A stretch of DNA of 64,000 nucleotides, taken from the NCBI RefSeq assembly GCF_048403405.1, contig NZ_CP183131.1; one strand, given 5' to 3'. The notes below the pieces were generated by a model. It was not told the DNA's origin, did no database searches, and saw only the letters and a program-made list of their open reading frames with translations. Made by a program: the position numbers and the translations under genes. The first letter of the stretch is position 1. Each line of letters opens with the position of its first letter. Source of the stretch: Escherichia coli. GTDB taxonomy: Bacteria; Pseudomonadota; Gammaproteobacteria; Enterobacterales; Enterobacteriaceae. Shown one piece after another: positions 30,871-40,508 of this stretch.

Positions 30871-31848
30871 TCAGTAAACTTTCACAGCGCTGAGTTCTTG
30901 CACGAAGGAACTGGCTTCGAGCTTCGCTCGTTGGGTCAGTCGCCGGATGATGTCTTCGGTTGGTGTGTAGTCCACCAAGTTGCTCTGGTGGATGACGTCT
31001 CGCGCCACGGAGTTCAAACTACCCAGGCCATCAATCAGCCCAATGTCTTTGGCCTGCTCCCCGTTCCAGAGCAATCCAGAAAACACCTCTGGGTCGTCTT
31101 TCAGTCGATCACCCCGCCCAGCCTTCACTCGTTCGATGAACTGCTGGTGGGTTTTCGATAGAACGCCCTCCCAGAATTTCTTCATGTCAGAGGTAAGAGG
31201 GGAGAATGGGTCGAGAAGCGCTTTGTGCTCTCCGGAAGTGATAGCCCGGCGCTCGATGCCGAGCTTGTCCATCAAGCCGGTGAATCCAAACCCCGAGCTG
31301 ATGACGCCGATAGAACCGACAAGGCTGGCGCGGTCAGCATAGATTTCATCCGCAGCAGAGGCGATGTAGTAACCGCCAGAGGCACCGATGTCATCAATGA
31401 TGGCGTAGACCTTTTTCTCCGGATGAAGGGCTCGCTGCGCCTTCACTTCGTCATAAATCCGTCCTGCTTGAACCGGGCTACCGCCAGGGCTGTTTATGCG
31501 AAGCACGATAGCTTGTGAGTTCGGGTTGTCGAATGCAGCTTGGATGGACGGGATAAGGTGATCAGCATCGGCCAGAGTGCCAGCAGCAATTTCACCACGG
31601 ATGTTGATATACGCGGTGTGAGGGGCTCCTGCCTTGGCGCTTTGCCACGGCATCCCACCCGGATTAGATGCCAAAATGATGAAGCCGATCATGAGAAGCA
31701 CGAAACCAGATGCGCGAAGCACACGCAACATGGTCCGCCAGCGCCGGTCTTTCACCTGCTCTTTATGCAGGGTGAACATGTACTTCTCAATGAGTTCTTT
31801 CTCCCAGGGGATCTCTTTGTTTTCTGCCATTAGTTTTTCCTTTTGCAT
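30871..31848 (-). CDS. sppA: Signal peptide peptidase SppA-like (S49 family)
   Basis: 325 aa; TM anchor; conserved S49 region …IGASGGYYIA…. Confidence 0.75.
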   Translation of the reverse strand: MQKEKLMAENKEIPWEKELIEKYMFTLHKEQVKDRRWRTMLRVLRASGFVLLMIGFIILASNPGGMPWQSAKAGAPHTAYINIRGEIAAGTLADADHLIPSIQAAFDNPNSQAIVLRINSPGGSPVQAGRIYDEVKAQRALHPEKKVYAIIDDIGASGGYYIASAADEIYADRASLVGSIGVISSGFGFTGLMDKLGIERRAITSGEHKALLDPFSPLTSDMKKFWEGVLSKTHQQFIERVKAGRGDRLKDDPEVFSGLLWNGEQAKDIGLIDGLGSLNSVARDVIHQSNLVDYTPTEDIIRRLTQRAKLEASSFVQELSAVKVY

Positions 31849-32747
31849 GTTTCGATTATCAGTCCCCAGAACTCTTCATCAGCGCTATCAGCCCGGTCTT
31901 TGACTTTCTGGTAAACAAGGTTGGTGTTGAGCTGATGCTCACGACAGAACTGAGCAATGTTGCTGTAGGTCCTGTCCAGATAGGTGAAGGGTTTCCCTTT
32001 ACCTTTTTTCTTGGCGAGGATGAGCTTCCACTCATCATTGGAGAGTTTGTCTGCGGCCTTCCCGGTGTCCGCAATGCGCCTACGCACCGTTACCGGATCA
32101 AGTCCATGTGCTCTGGCTATGCTGGCAACGCAGTTGAACTTCCGACCGTCAATCATGACAGTAGGCAAATCACCAGCGGCAGCCTCCTTGAATCGGAAAC
32201 CTCTGTAACCTGGTTTGAAGATCCCAGGAGCAAGTTGCTCACGGAACTCGATTGCTTGTTCTGACCTGACAAACTTGCTGTCGATTTTGCCGAGCATGTA
32301 CTTAGCCCGAGCGATTACCTGGTAAAGCGTCTTCTCCAGGAGCATGGCGTCAGCAGCTCGACTCGGAAGACCTATGTCGTCTTCTTGCTCGATACCCAAC
32401 ATTTCTGCATGGCTGGAGCCTTCTGCATGTCGGAAACAGCCGTCGTACTCAAAAAGAAAGGAGGCCAAACCTCCTCTCAGCTTTGCTTTGAACCGGGTGT
32501 TGGCCGCGTTCTCTGGCGCTGGTGCCAGCTCGGACACTTCAAGCCCTAAATTTGCGGCCAACTTCCGCAGGTCTTCCTCTCCAATTCGGCATCCAGGCTG
32601 CATAACCTGCGCCAGAGCAGATTCATCAGCACATCCGCGTTCTTTCAGCTCAGCCAAGAGGTAGGGAACTCGTACTACCCCCATAAGCTCAAGCTCCCTG
32701 AATCGCGTGGACCACCAGCTCACAGAGTTTCCCGTACACAGGAGCAA
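31830..32747 (-). CDS. Hypothetical protein with possible C-terminal DNA-binding repeats
   Basis: 305-aa ORF; assignment weak. Confidence 0.4.
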   Translation of the reverse strand: MLLCTGNSVSWWSTRFRELELMGVVRVPYLLAELKERGCADESALAQVMQPGCRIGEEDLRKLAANLGLEVSELAPAPENAANTRFKAKLRGGLASFLFEYDGCFRHAEGSSHAEMLGIEQEDDIGLPSRAADAMLLEKTLYQVIARAKYMLGKIDSKFVRSEQAIEFREQLAPGIFKPGYRGFRFKEAAAGDLPTVMIDGRKFNCVASIARAHGLDPVTVRRRIADTGKAADKLSNDEWKLILAKKKGKGKPFTYLDRTYSNIAQFCREHQLNTNLVYQKVKDRADSADEEFWGLIIETCKRKN

Positions 32748-33072
32748 GGCAGAGTGAAGCCATCACCATGCCAAAGGCTTTCGATGGAGCCTCTTTGGCG
32801 AACTTGGTCAACCACGGCATCATGCCGCACAGAGCAGCAACCATAGCGCCAGCCACCCCCAGGGAAGGGAATGCCATCACTTGGGCCAGAATGAAGAAAC
32901 ACTGGGCGTATGCCGCATGGGTCATCGCCTTCTTATCTGCTGCCGTGAACTCCACGGCATCTACGCTTTTGACTTTTTCCATCACATTGTCCTCATGCAA
33001 CATCAGGTTTTCCGAAAAATTTCTCATACACTTCGAGGTCGAAGGCCAGCATGGTCTTTGCCGCCTTTTCAC
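32689..33072 (-). CDS. Hypothetical membrane protein
   Basis: 127-aa ORF, hydrophobic. Confidence 0.35.
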   Translation of the reverse strand: MKRRQRPCWPSTSKCMRNFSENLMLHEDNVMEKVKSVDAVEFTAADKKAMTHAAYAQCFFILAQVMAFPSLGVAGAMVAALCGMMPWLTKFAKEAPSKAFGMVMASLCLAPVYGKLCELVVHAIQGA

Positions 33073-33466
33073 TAAGCTGGTGGAGGCTAAGCATCTGAAC
33101 CTTGTCAGTGCCGGTCACTTGCAGATCCACCGCGAACCACGTCCCACCTTTGGTCACGGCCAGAACTTGCACCGCCCAGGGCTTATCCAGTCGTTCGGGC
33201 GGAGTGATCATGTTCGACACTTTGGCGACCGTCGCGGTTGAACCTACCCAGTGCTTGTCGAACGCAATGACGTTCAACGCTTCAAACGCATCCTTCGCAG
33301 CTTTAAACCGGCTCCGGACAGCATCTTGTTGCTTCCAAGCCATGAACTGGAGAAGGGTCATTCCACCAGCCATAAGGGTGAGAAAACTCAAGCCATTGGC
33401 GGCAGCTACGACCGTCGCTACCAAGGACCCCAACATGACGAAGCGGTTATGTTTAAGCTGGGCCAC
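32993..33466 (-). CDS. Hypothetical membrane protein
   Basis: 157-aa ORF with N-terminal hydrophobic helices. Confidence 0.4.
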   Translation of the reverse strand: MAQLKHNRFVMLGSLVATVVAAANGLSFLTLMAGGMTLLQFMAWKQQDAVRSRFKAAKDAFEALNVIAFDKHWVGSTATVAKVSNMITPPERLDKPWAVQVLAVTKGGTWFAVDLQVTGTDKVQMLSLHQLSEKAAKTMLAFDLEVYEKFFGKPDVA

Positions 33467-33557
33467 TATTCACCTCCTATACCAACCAGCGTACAGGACT
33501 TTTCAAAAATGCAACCCCGCCTAGCTGCCCAATTCGGGCAACCCTGATTCAATCCAG

Positions 33558-33574
33558 AACTTTCACATGTGAAA
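33558..33574. promoter_or_regulatory. Palindromic operator-like site (copy 5 of 8, one arm degenerate)
   Basis: aactttcacatgtgaaa then ctttcc. Confidence 0.45.
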
Positions 33575-34084
33575 CTTTCCGCCACAGGAACAGGAGGTTT
33601 TTACCTGACCAGAACGGATGGATTGATAGCGGTGCCACAGCTTGACCACTTCTTTTTCGCTGAGAAGGTTTGTCTTGATGTAACGGACTCTATCCCCGTC
33701 CGCTGTCTCAACAACGGTTCGGACATAGCCGTACTTGGCAACGGGTGCCTTGTACTTGTGTGACAGAATTACCCGGTAAACCGAGAGCTGGATAATGTCC
33801 GACTCATAGATGTGGTTTACCTGGCGCAGCTTGGTGTCCAAGGGAATGAGAACCCCATTCTTGGTTTGGTACACCTGATCAACCCTGCCGTGCATGGGCA
33901 CCGGCTGTGTGGTTGATATGTCCTGTTCGGACAAAAACAGAGTGGCCGAGCGCAGCTCATAAGGCATGTTCTCTGATTTCCACCACGCCCAGGTGTCTCC
34001 AATGCCGCGTTTGCGCCATTGGTCCACTTTCGCAATGACGAAAGGGGCGATGATCAGGACGAATATCCAGAGAACTGGCTTCAT
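33563..34084 (-). CDS. Hypothetical protein with N-terminal TM anchor
   Basis: 173-aa ORF. Confidence 0.4.
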   Translation of the reverse strand: MKPVLWIFVLIIAPFVIAKVDQWRKRGIGDTWAWWKSENMPYELRSATLFLSEQDISTTQPVPMHGRVDQVYQTKNGVLIPLDTKLRQVNHIYESDIIQLSVYRVILSHKYKAPVAKYGYVRTVVETADGDRVRYIKTNLLSEKEVVKLWHRYQSIRSGQVKTSCSCGGKFHM

Positions 34085-34086
34085 GA

Positions 34087-34608
34087 CTACCTCCGGCCCC
34101 TAAACCACTCTGGATGATTGGATACATCCATGCTCTTAACCTGTGATGAGAAGACCAGTAGCTCTTGGGTCGTCAGGACGGTCTCAGGAGCCCGAGCGAT
34201 GAAAGGTCTCAGCAATTCAGAACCCGCATAGATATTGATGACCATATGCAATCGCTCTGTTGCTCCAGAAACTCTCCGCCAGCTCCGGTAGGTTTCTGTT
34301 GATTTGGCATAGCCAACCAAGGCAGGAGCCAGCGTGTCGGACTCCTTCGTATTCAACTTCCCTTTTGCTGCCTTCGATACGAACTCAGCGATCACCGAAG
34401 CCAGCATGTCGGAGGTAAGGTGAAGCGGCAGCTTTATCGTGTCGAAGTCAGCCTGCTTGATGGTGAACAGGCGGATGTGATCGTTGCGGTAGTCACGCAC
34501 ATAGATGACATGACTCTCAAATGGGTTGGAGTGGTTAAAGGCATCCATACCCCAGCCTGCGGCCTCAAGATGTGCGTTTGATACTGACTTGTCGTAATCA
34601 AATTCCAC
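34087..34608 (-). CDS. Hypothetical protein
   Basis: 173-aa ORF. Confidence 0.4.
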   Translation of the reverse strand: MEFDYDKSVSNAHLEAAGWGMDAFNHSNPFESHVIYVRDYRNDHIRLFTIKQADFDTIKLPLHLTSDMLASVIAEFVSKAAKGKLNTKESDTLAPALVGYAKSTETYRSWRRVSGATERLHMVINIYAGSELLRPFIARAPETVLTTQELLVFSSQVKSMDVSNHPEWFRGRR

Positions 34609-34612
34609 GCTA

Positions 34613-35221
34613 TTACTCTCCGTCTTGTCGTTCAGGAACTTTCACATGTGAAAGTTTTCCGTCGGTCATGATGTCCAGGACGGCTTTGCCCAGTCTCATC
34701 CCTTTATGGTTTTGAACCGGGTCTCCCTTGTAGAAAAGTCCTGGCTCGTTATCGGGATGGAATACCCCGTGAGGAATGTTGTCGTGATCGCCCAGCCACA
34801 TGCGTAGCCTCAGATCCACCAGCCACCCATCATCCAGGACAACCCAGAAATGCGGTGTCACGATGTCCTTGGTCTGTTCGTTTCGCACAAAGCCATACAT
34901 GCAGTCATGAGGTACACCCGCTTCATTGAGTAGGTGGCTTACTGCCCATGTCATACCGTCACATTCCATCTGGCAGTCATCCAAGGTCATAAGGACGGCT
35001 TCCAGTTCCCGGTGCCACTCCGTCATTTGCTTGGCCGCAGGTTTTACCACCAGCTCGTTTTTGTTTTCTGCCAAGATGATGTCTTCCTCGTCAATATTGC
35101 ATTCGTCTATCGCTTCCGAACGGATGGATACCGCTTCATCCCAGTCATCGCTCGATCCGAAAATGCTCCAACCCTCAAGACCGTAATTCACCCATACGAT
35201 GAACCGCTTTATCGTTTTCAT
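34613..35221 (-). CDS. Hypothetical protein
   Basis: 202-aa ORF. Confidence 0.4.
   Translation of the reverse strand: MKTIKRFIVWVNYGLEGWSIFGSSDDWDEAVSIRSEAIDECNIDEEDIILAENKNELVVKPAAKQMTEWHRELEAVLMTLDDCQMECDGMTWAVSHLLNEAGVPHDCMYGFVRNEQTKDIVTPHFWVVLDDGWLVDLRLRMWLGDHDNIPHGVFHPDNEPGLFYKGDPVQNHKGMRLGKAVLDIMTDGKLSHVKVPERQDGE
34637..34656. promoter_or_regulatory. Palindromic operator-like site (copy 6 of 8)
   Basis: aactttcacatgtgaaagtt, 29 bp upstream of the 34608 start. Confidence 0.5.
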
Positions 35222-35416
35222 GTGCGGCCCCCTTTAACCGTGCAACGTTCCCACATACTCACCCCTTCAAACCGTAACCCCACCAAAAAGCCACTTCTTG
35301 ATGATTTCCAATCAGCAGCGGCAGGTTGCCCCTGAACTAACCTCACCGAAAAACCACCTTTAGATTGCTTTCTGGTGCTTATCAAGTTCTCCTGAGTGAT
35401 TAGTCGTTCTGAAAAC

Positions 35417-35444
35417 TTTACTTTTCACAGTATCATTTTATAAT
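35417..35444 (+). promoter_or_regulatory. Putative sigma70 promoter TTTACT-N16-TATAAT upstream of the PAPS-reductase-like gene
   Basis: Contains the recurrent tatcattttataatactgtaaat motif. Confidence 0.4.
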
Positions 35445-35489
35445 ACTGTAAATCATAAAAACAACCCAGTAAAGAAAAAAGAGCGACTT

Positions 35490-36605
35490 ATGTTGAGACG
35501 AGAAAACCAAGGAGATTTGTTCGATGACCAGGTGGTGTTGCCATCACTGGAGTCGGTTCTTACCGGCATATCTTCCAGTCAGCGTTGTGACGATAGAACA
35601 ACGTACTTCTCCGCTCCGGATGTGGACCTGAGTTTGTACGATCACATCATTGTTTGCCTGTCTGGAGGCAAAGACTCGATTGCTGCGTACTTGCGGCTGG
35701 TGGACATGGGTGTTGATAAGTCAAAGGTGGAGTTCTGGCACCATGATGTTGATGGTCAGGAAGGCAGTTCGTTGATGGATTGGGCCTTCATGCGTGATTA
35801 CTGTCGTCAGCTCGGGGAAGAACTGGGTATCCCAATGTACTTCTCGTGGCTTGAGGGCGGCTTTGAGGGCAAAATGCTCAAAGACAATGCCTATAGCCAC
35901 CCCCATCGTGTAGAGACGCCTGAGGGGCTTCTGGTGCTGCCTAGAGACCATAAGCGCTCTAAGCCTGGTACGCGCCTTCGTTTCCCTCAGCAATCGCCAT
36001 CACTCCAAACAAGGTGGTGCTCATCAGCCTTGAAGATCGATGTTGGCCGCAGAGCTCTTAATAACCAGGAGCGCTTCAAGGGGAAGAAGATCCTTTTCAT
36101 CACTGGTGAGCGCCGGGAGGAAAGTGCAAACAGATCCAAGTACAACCAGCTTGAGGCTCATGCCTGTGACAGAAGATATGGGAAGACTGCACGGTTAGTT
36201 GATGCCTGGAGGCCCGTTCTTCATTGGACTGAGGAGGAGGTATGGGAAGTAATCGAGCGTCACCGCATCCTGGCCCCAGTCCCTTATCGCCTTGGCTGGA
36301 GCCGGTCGTCGTGTATGACCTGCATCTACAACTCACAGCGTATCTGGTCCACGATCCGTCACTACTGGCCTGAACGAGCTGGGAAAATTGCTCAGTATGA
36401 ACAAACCTTTGGTGTGACGGTATCAAGAAAAAAAATCGACGTAATAGATTTAGGTTCTGCTGTTGCGCCGATACAGATTAGTGATGTTGAGGCATTGGAG
36501 CAGGTATCCAGAGAAGATTACACGCTCCCGATTTTTGTGCCGGAGGGGCAGAAGTGGGTTCTCCCTGGTGGCGCATTTGGCCGAGAGGCCTGTGGTTCTG
36601 ATTGA
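35490..36605 (+). CDS. PAPS-reductase-family (PP-loop ATP pyrophosphatase-like) protein
   Basis: 371 aa; PP-loop motif CLSGGKDS; C-terminal Cys cluster. Confidence 0.7.
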   Translation: MLRRENQGDLFDDQVVLPSLESVLTGISSSQRCDDRTTYFSAPDVDLSLYDHIIVCLSGGKDSIAAYLRLVDMGVDKSKVEFWHHDVDGQEGSSLMDWAFMRDYCRQLGEELGIPMYFSWLEGGFEGKMLKDNAYSHPHRVETPEGLLVLPRDHKRSKPGTRLRFPQQSPSLQTRWCSSALKIDVGRRALNNQERFKGKKILFITGERREESANRSKYNQLEAHACDRRYGKTARLVDAWRPVLHWTEEEVWEVIERHRILAPVPYRLGWSRSSCMTCIYNSQRIWSTIRHYWPERAGKIAQYEQTFGVTVSRKKIDVIDLGSAVAPIQISDVEALEQVSREDYTLPIFVPEGQKWVLPGGAFGREACGSD

Positions 36606-37057
36606 TTTGTGCAGAGGTGGCAATGTTGGATTTTGTTTTTTTGGTGTTTTTGGGGTTGGGCATATCTACGGTGCTGGTGCGTCGGTCTTCCCGTAAGGGG
36701 ATGGATCTTGAGCTGACATGGCTCCAGTCGTTGAAGGTCGTGCTGGTTCGTGGAGCTGTTGCATTGGGCCTGGGTTTTGGCATTGGCAGGCTTGTATTGA
36801 TGGGGATGCAGTATGGTTTCCTGAGTGAGTCTGTCCTGAGGGAACATGCACTTGTCTCCGTAGCGGTGGTTCTGATCTGTGGGCTTGGTTCGTTCGTTGC
36901 GTTTCAGTGGATCATCGGGAGGATCTCTGGAAGATCGATCAGCGTCGTTTCTGTGATCAAAGCTGTGATGTACGAGTCTGGTTACTTTGTGCTGTCGATG
37001 CTTATCTTGTTGGTGATACTCGTCCTGTTCGGCCTTGCATACGAGACTTTTTTCTAA
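36602..37057 (+). CDS. Integral membrane protein
   Basis: 151 aa, 4 hydrophobic helices; stop/start-coupled to the PAPS-reductase-like gene. Confidence 0.45.
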   Translation: MICAEVAMLDFVFLVFLGLGISTVLVRRSSRKGMDLELTWLQSLKVVLVRGAVALGLGFGIGRLVLMGMQYGFLSESVLREHALVSVAVVLICGLGSFVAFQWIIGRISGRSISVVSVIKAVMYESGYFVLSMLILLVILVLFGLAYETFF

Positions 37058-37214
37058 AAAAACAGTGTTGATTATTTTTTGTTCAGTGATCAAAAGGATA
37101 AATATAAAGATCTTTAGATCTTTGTATAAAGGATTAAAAACGGTTAAAGACAGGTTAGGCGTTCTAAATCACCACTCAACACATTGATATTACTGGTGTT
37201 TTCATATTTATTCC

Positions 37215-37952
37215 GTGCAACAAACCCATAGGTTGCCGTGCAGCGTTCCCATAGGTTGCCGTGCAACGTCCCCACATACCCTTGGATCTTATCCACTGTT
37301 ATCCACACGGAACCCCTCTTTTTTCCACAAAATCCTTACAAAACAGAGCTTTCGTGCAGCGTTCCCACATATCAGATCTGGTGTTCGTGCAGTATTCCCA
37401 CATGTCTAAGGTCATACGTGCAGTCGCCCCATATACAATTTTCTGAACGTGCAACGTACCCACATGTCAATTTTGGTCGTTTTTTGCACCGTGCAGCGTA
37501 CCCACATATGATCGTGCAGCGTTCCCATATACCAAAACCCCGTTTATGCACAGGAAATGTGGATAACTTTTGGCCTCTTTTTGTGTGCGCGTGATCACTT
37601 TATGGACTATTAGAGTCATTTTGACTGCTTTTTTAGGTTTGTCCTGATCTGTCAATCTTTGTTCTGCTTCGTCAATCGTGCAGAGTTCCCATATATCGAG
37701 AGGTTCAGGACCTGCTTTCGTGCAACGTACCCACATATCAAATCTCATAACGTGCAGGTCCCCCACATCCTCACCCTTTAACTATCAATACCTTACGGGA
37801 ACCACTCTACGGGAACCACTGGAGCAGCATGGCACTTATCCTTCGTCGTGGCTTACGCTTGCACGATACTGAGACTCAGCTTGCGACTACCGTGCAGCGA
37901 TCCCATATATAGAGCCCCAGCCCACGCTGCATCTGGGGTCACGTTCGCTCTA
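37215..37952. repeat. Replication-origin iterons: about 14 direct copies of a ~19-bp repeat CGTGCA(G/A)CGTNCCCA(C/T)AT(A/G)
   Basis: Copies start at about 37215, 37237, 37259, 37352, 37385, 37417, 37447, 37490, 37512, 37667, 37699, 37729, 37870, 37934; one more at 40332. Confidence 0.75.
37289..37307 (+). promoter_or_regulatory. Tandem DnaA boxes (TTATCCACT, TTATCCACA) within the iteron region
   Basis: Perfect DnaA-box consensus at 37299-37307; AT-rich stretch with GATC sites at 37060-37200 nearby. Confidence 0.5.
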
Positions 37953-38093
37953 TCCGTGCAGCTCCCCCATATGCGGAGGCATTCCGTTTCCGGTCCTGCC
38001 TGGTGGGCGTACCTTGTGCGCTTTCTTCTGGCATAAAAAAAGGCGCTGACGCGCCTATCTTTCTTTTCCCTGGGGGGTGGGAGATTCTGGTGG

Positions 38094-39194
38094 CTATCTC
38101 CCCTTACGTTGGGGTTCATCAATGATGTCGTGGTCGATCATGCCGTGCTTGATGGCCCGTAGCTCTGTCTGCTGCTTACGCTTGTTGGACGCCATCACCT
38201 GCTTCACGAAGTTCTCATGAGGCCTTATGACGTACCGCACGTCGATGACTCTGCGGCCATCCTTGATCTGGTTCGCGTCGTAGTCGCTTATGACCTCTTG
38301 TTTGATGAGGGCCTCCAGAGCGAGCTTCATGGCTCTGACGTTCTCCGGCATCCGTGGGCTCAATTCACGAGGGCTCTGGGTCAGGAAGCTGATAAGCGAT
38401 GGCGTGTACGGCGAATCTGGTGATGCTTGAGTCCAGTAGTGGCTCATTCGCTTGTAGATGTACCGTGCAAGAGGGGAGCGGATTTGCATTCCGATTTTGT
38501 AGTTGTACTGACGAAACGACAGATTCATGATCGATTCGTTTACCAGCGGGTTGAACTGCACATAGCACCTGGCGTTCCCGCCTTTCTTGCGAAACTCACC
38601 TCTGGTGGTCAGTCCCACCATCGGGAAGAAGCTGGAGCTGATGAAGGCTTCACCGTCATCACTGATACATTCGAGTGTTGCGCCACGACAAACCTGGATT
38701 GCTTCCTTGATTTCGTTCAGGTTGTACCCGTGACCCATCTTCGAGAGCTCTTTCTGGAGTTCGTACAGAGTGAACATGACTCCAGCCTTGCCCTCGATGA
38801 TATGGCCTTTCCCGTTCACTGCGAGCTTGCGTAGAGCATCCTCAAGGATTTCCTCTCGCTGTCCCGCGTAGATCAGCACGGTTCTTCCGTCATCCTTCTC
38901 GATGATGGCTGGCTTCACCTTCACCGTGAAATGCTGGCCTCTGATGGTGCATTGTCGTGTCACTACAGCGTTGGATAAATCTTCATGCTCACGCTTTTGG
39001 TCCCAAATGTACTTCGGCAGCGCATCGTAGATCTCGATGGTGTTGGAGTAGTCGTCTTTCTTGGCCGGAGATTCAATGATCTCAAACAGGCTCATTTGCG
39101 GTGAGTCTTTGATTACGTCGAGTTTCTCCAGGTCTTTGTCTTTGGTTCTCTTGCTCATGATTGTTCCGTCGATACTTTCTAGCTGGTGGTCCAT
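38094..39194 (-). CDS. repA: Iteron-type plasmid replication initiator RepA
   Basis: 366-aa ORF immediately upstream of the iteron array; true start may be the internal Met at 39158. Confidence 0.7.
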   Translation of the reverse strand: MDHQLESIDGTIMSKRTKDKDLEKLDVIKDSPQMSLFEIIESPAKKDDYSNTIEIYDALPKYIWDQKREHEDLSNAVVTRQCTIRGQHFTVKVKPAIIEKDDGRTVLIYAGQREEILEDALRKLAVNGKGHIIEGKAGVMFTLYELQKELSKMGHGYNLNEIKEAIQVCRGATLECISDDGEAFISSSFFPMVGLTTRGEFRKKGGNARCYVQFNPLVNESIMNLSFRQYNYKIGMQIRSPLARYIYKRMSHYWTQASPDSPYTPSLISFLTQSPRELSPRMPENVRAMKLALEALIKQEVISDYDANQIKDGRRVIDVRYVIRPHENFVKQVMASNKRKQQTELRAIKHGMIDHDIIDEPQRKGR

Positions 39195-39466
39195 GCCGCC
39201 AGCATTGTCAATGCTCCCGCTGCTACCGTCGCTGAAAACACTAGCTGGTAGATGCGACGCTTAGCCCCCGCAGTGCCGCTCATAAAACGCAGGGCTGCCG
39301 CTTCATATCGGAAATGAGCGAACTCACCCCGAAGGGTGCTATCTGTCCCCTGTGGCGATTGTGGGCGCTTTGACAGGGCAGGGCGAGGATGGCTGGCGAC
39401 TTTCTTGATCATCGCTTCACATTTCCCCAGTTTCGCCAATTCAGTGGCCGCTACAGATGCTGTCAT
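39179..39466 (-). CDS. Hypothetical small protein
   Basis: 95-aa ORF overlapping the repA 5' end. Confidence 0.3.
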   Translation of the reverse strand: MTASVAATELAKLGKCEAMIKKVASHPRPALSKRPQSPQGTDSTLRGEFAHFRYEAAALRFMSGTAGAKRRIYQLVFSATVAAGALTMLAAWTTS

Positions 39467-39470
39467 GTTG

Positions 39471-40037
39471 TCACACCTCGTCGCTATGTGTCTTGTTTAG
39501 CTGGCGCTCGTACTCGTTTAGCGCCCGGCGAATTTTTGCTAAGGCAGTGGCGCGTTGTCTTAACACGGCATACCTGGTTTCAACTTGCTGGATCAACTCT
39601 TGTGCCCAGACAGGCTCTTTCTTGAAGTGCGACATGCTGTAGGCATGACCGCGACCCTTCTTGATATGTGTCGATAGAACCCTTTTCTTTTGTCCGGGAA
39701 CTTGTTCGACAAATCTGTTGCGATACCACTCTGCAACGAGTGATACGCCTAGAATGCGAACCCGTGTACCGACACGCCCTTGTTCGTCCTCTGACGCTTC
39801 TTCACGCGCTGATTTGTGCGCGTTCCAGTACATGTCCGCTTCCTGCTGCGCCTCGACAGCAAGAACCGCTAAGGCGTGATCCAGTTTGCTCCGTACCTCT
39901 GCAACAAACTCTCGTCCCTCTGCCTCTAGCAGATCCTCTGTTATCTCGGATCGTTCTTCTTCGAGCTTCGGATCTAGCAGATCTAGCCATCGCTCTGTTG
40001 GTAGACTCACCTCAATACCCTCCCAATTCCTATCCAA
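39471..40037 (-). CDS. Hypothetical protein
   Basis: 188-aa ORF, charged/coiled. Confidence 0.4.
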   Translation of the reverse strand: MDRNWEGIEVSLPTERWLDLLDPKLEEERSEITEDLLEAEGREFVAEVRSKLDHALAVLAVEAQQEADMYWNAHKSAREEASEDEQGRVGTRVRILGVSLVAEWYRNRFVEQVPGQKKRVLSTHIKKGRGHAYSMSHFKKEPVWAQELIQQVETRYAVLRQRATALAKIRRALNEYERQLNKTHSDEV

Positions 40038-40260
40038 TTCCTATCCACATAACTATCTATCTGGAATTTAAAGCTGATTATTCCAATACTGGAATCTAGT
40101 TCTGTCACTAGGCTAACCCATCTTTGGAATTTGTCAAATTTCCCTCTATCTATCTGGAATCTTGATGCTCTTATTCTTTCACAGCCTCTTTACATATGAA
40201 TCTATATTTAAAGATTCCAGATATATTGGATATGGCATCAAAGATTCCAAATGCCTCTTT
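40020..40260. repeat. Centromere-like repeat region (parC-like) upstream of parM
   Basis: Multiple copies of (t)ctggaat / attccag in both orientations. Confidence 0.45.
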
Positions 40261-40508
40261 ACCACCGTCTCTCGATGCTGGAGGGCAAGCGGTTCTCGAT
40301 GCGAGGGTAAGGTCTGTTTATCTGAGCCTATCCGTGCAGCGTTCCCATAGGTTCCCTTACTCAACGATCAAAAAGCCACCGAAAAGCAACCTATATGCCC
40401 CTTTTGGGCAATTACACAGGCCATCTGTCCCCGCTTTTAGCCTTATTCTCTATCCAACACGCGGCAAGCAATCGAAAAGCAATCTAAAAGCAATCTTTGG
40501 AGGATTTC

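Noticed and set aside
37215-37952. Possible CRISPR array
   Set aside because: The repeats are about 19 bp with irregular spacing and variable sequence, next to repA and DnaA boxes. These are replication iterons, not CRISPR repeats; the 9-bp tandem array at 54451 has no spacers at all.
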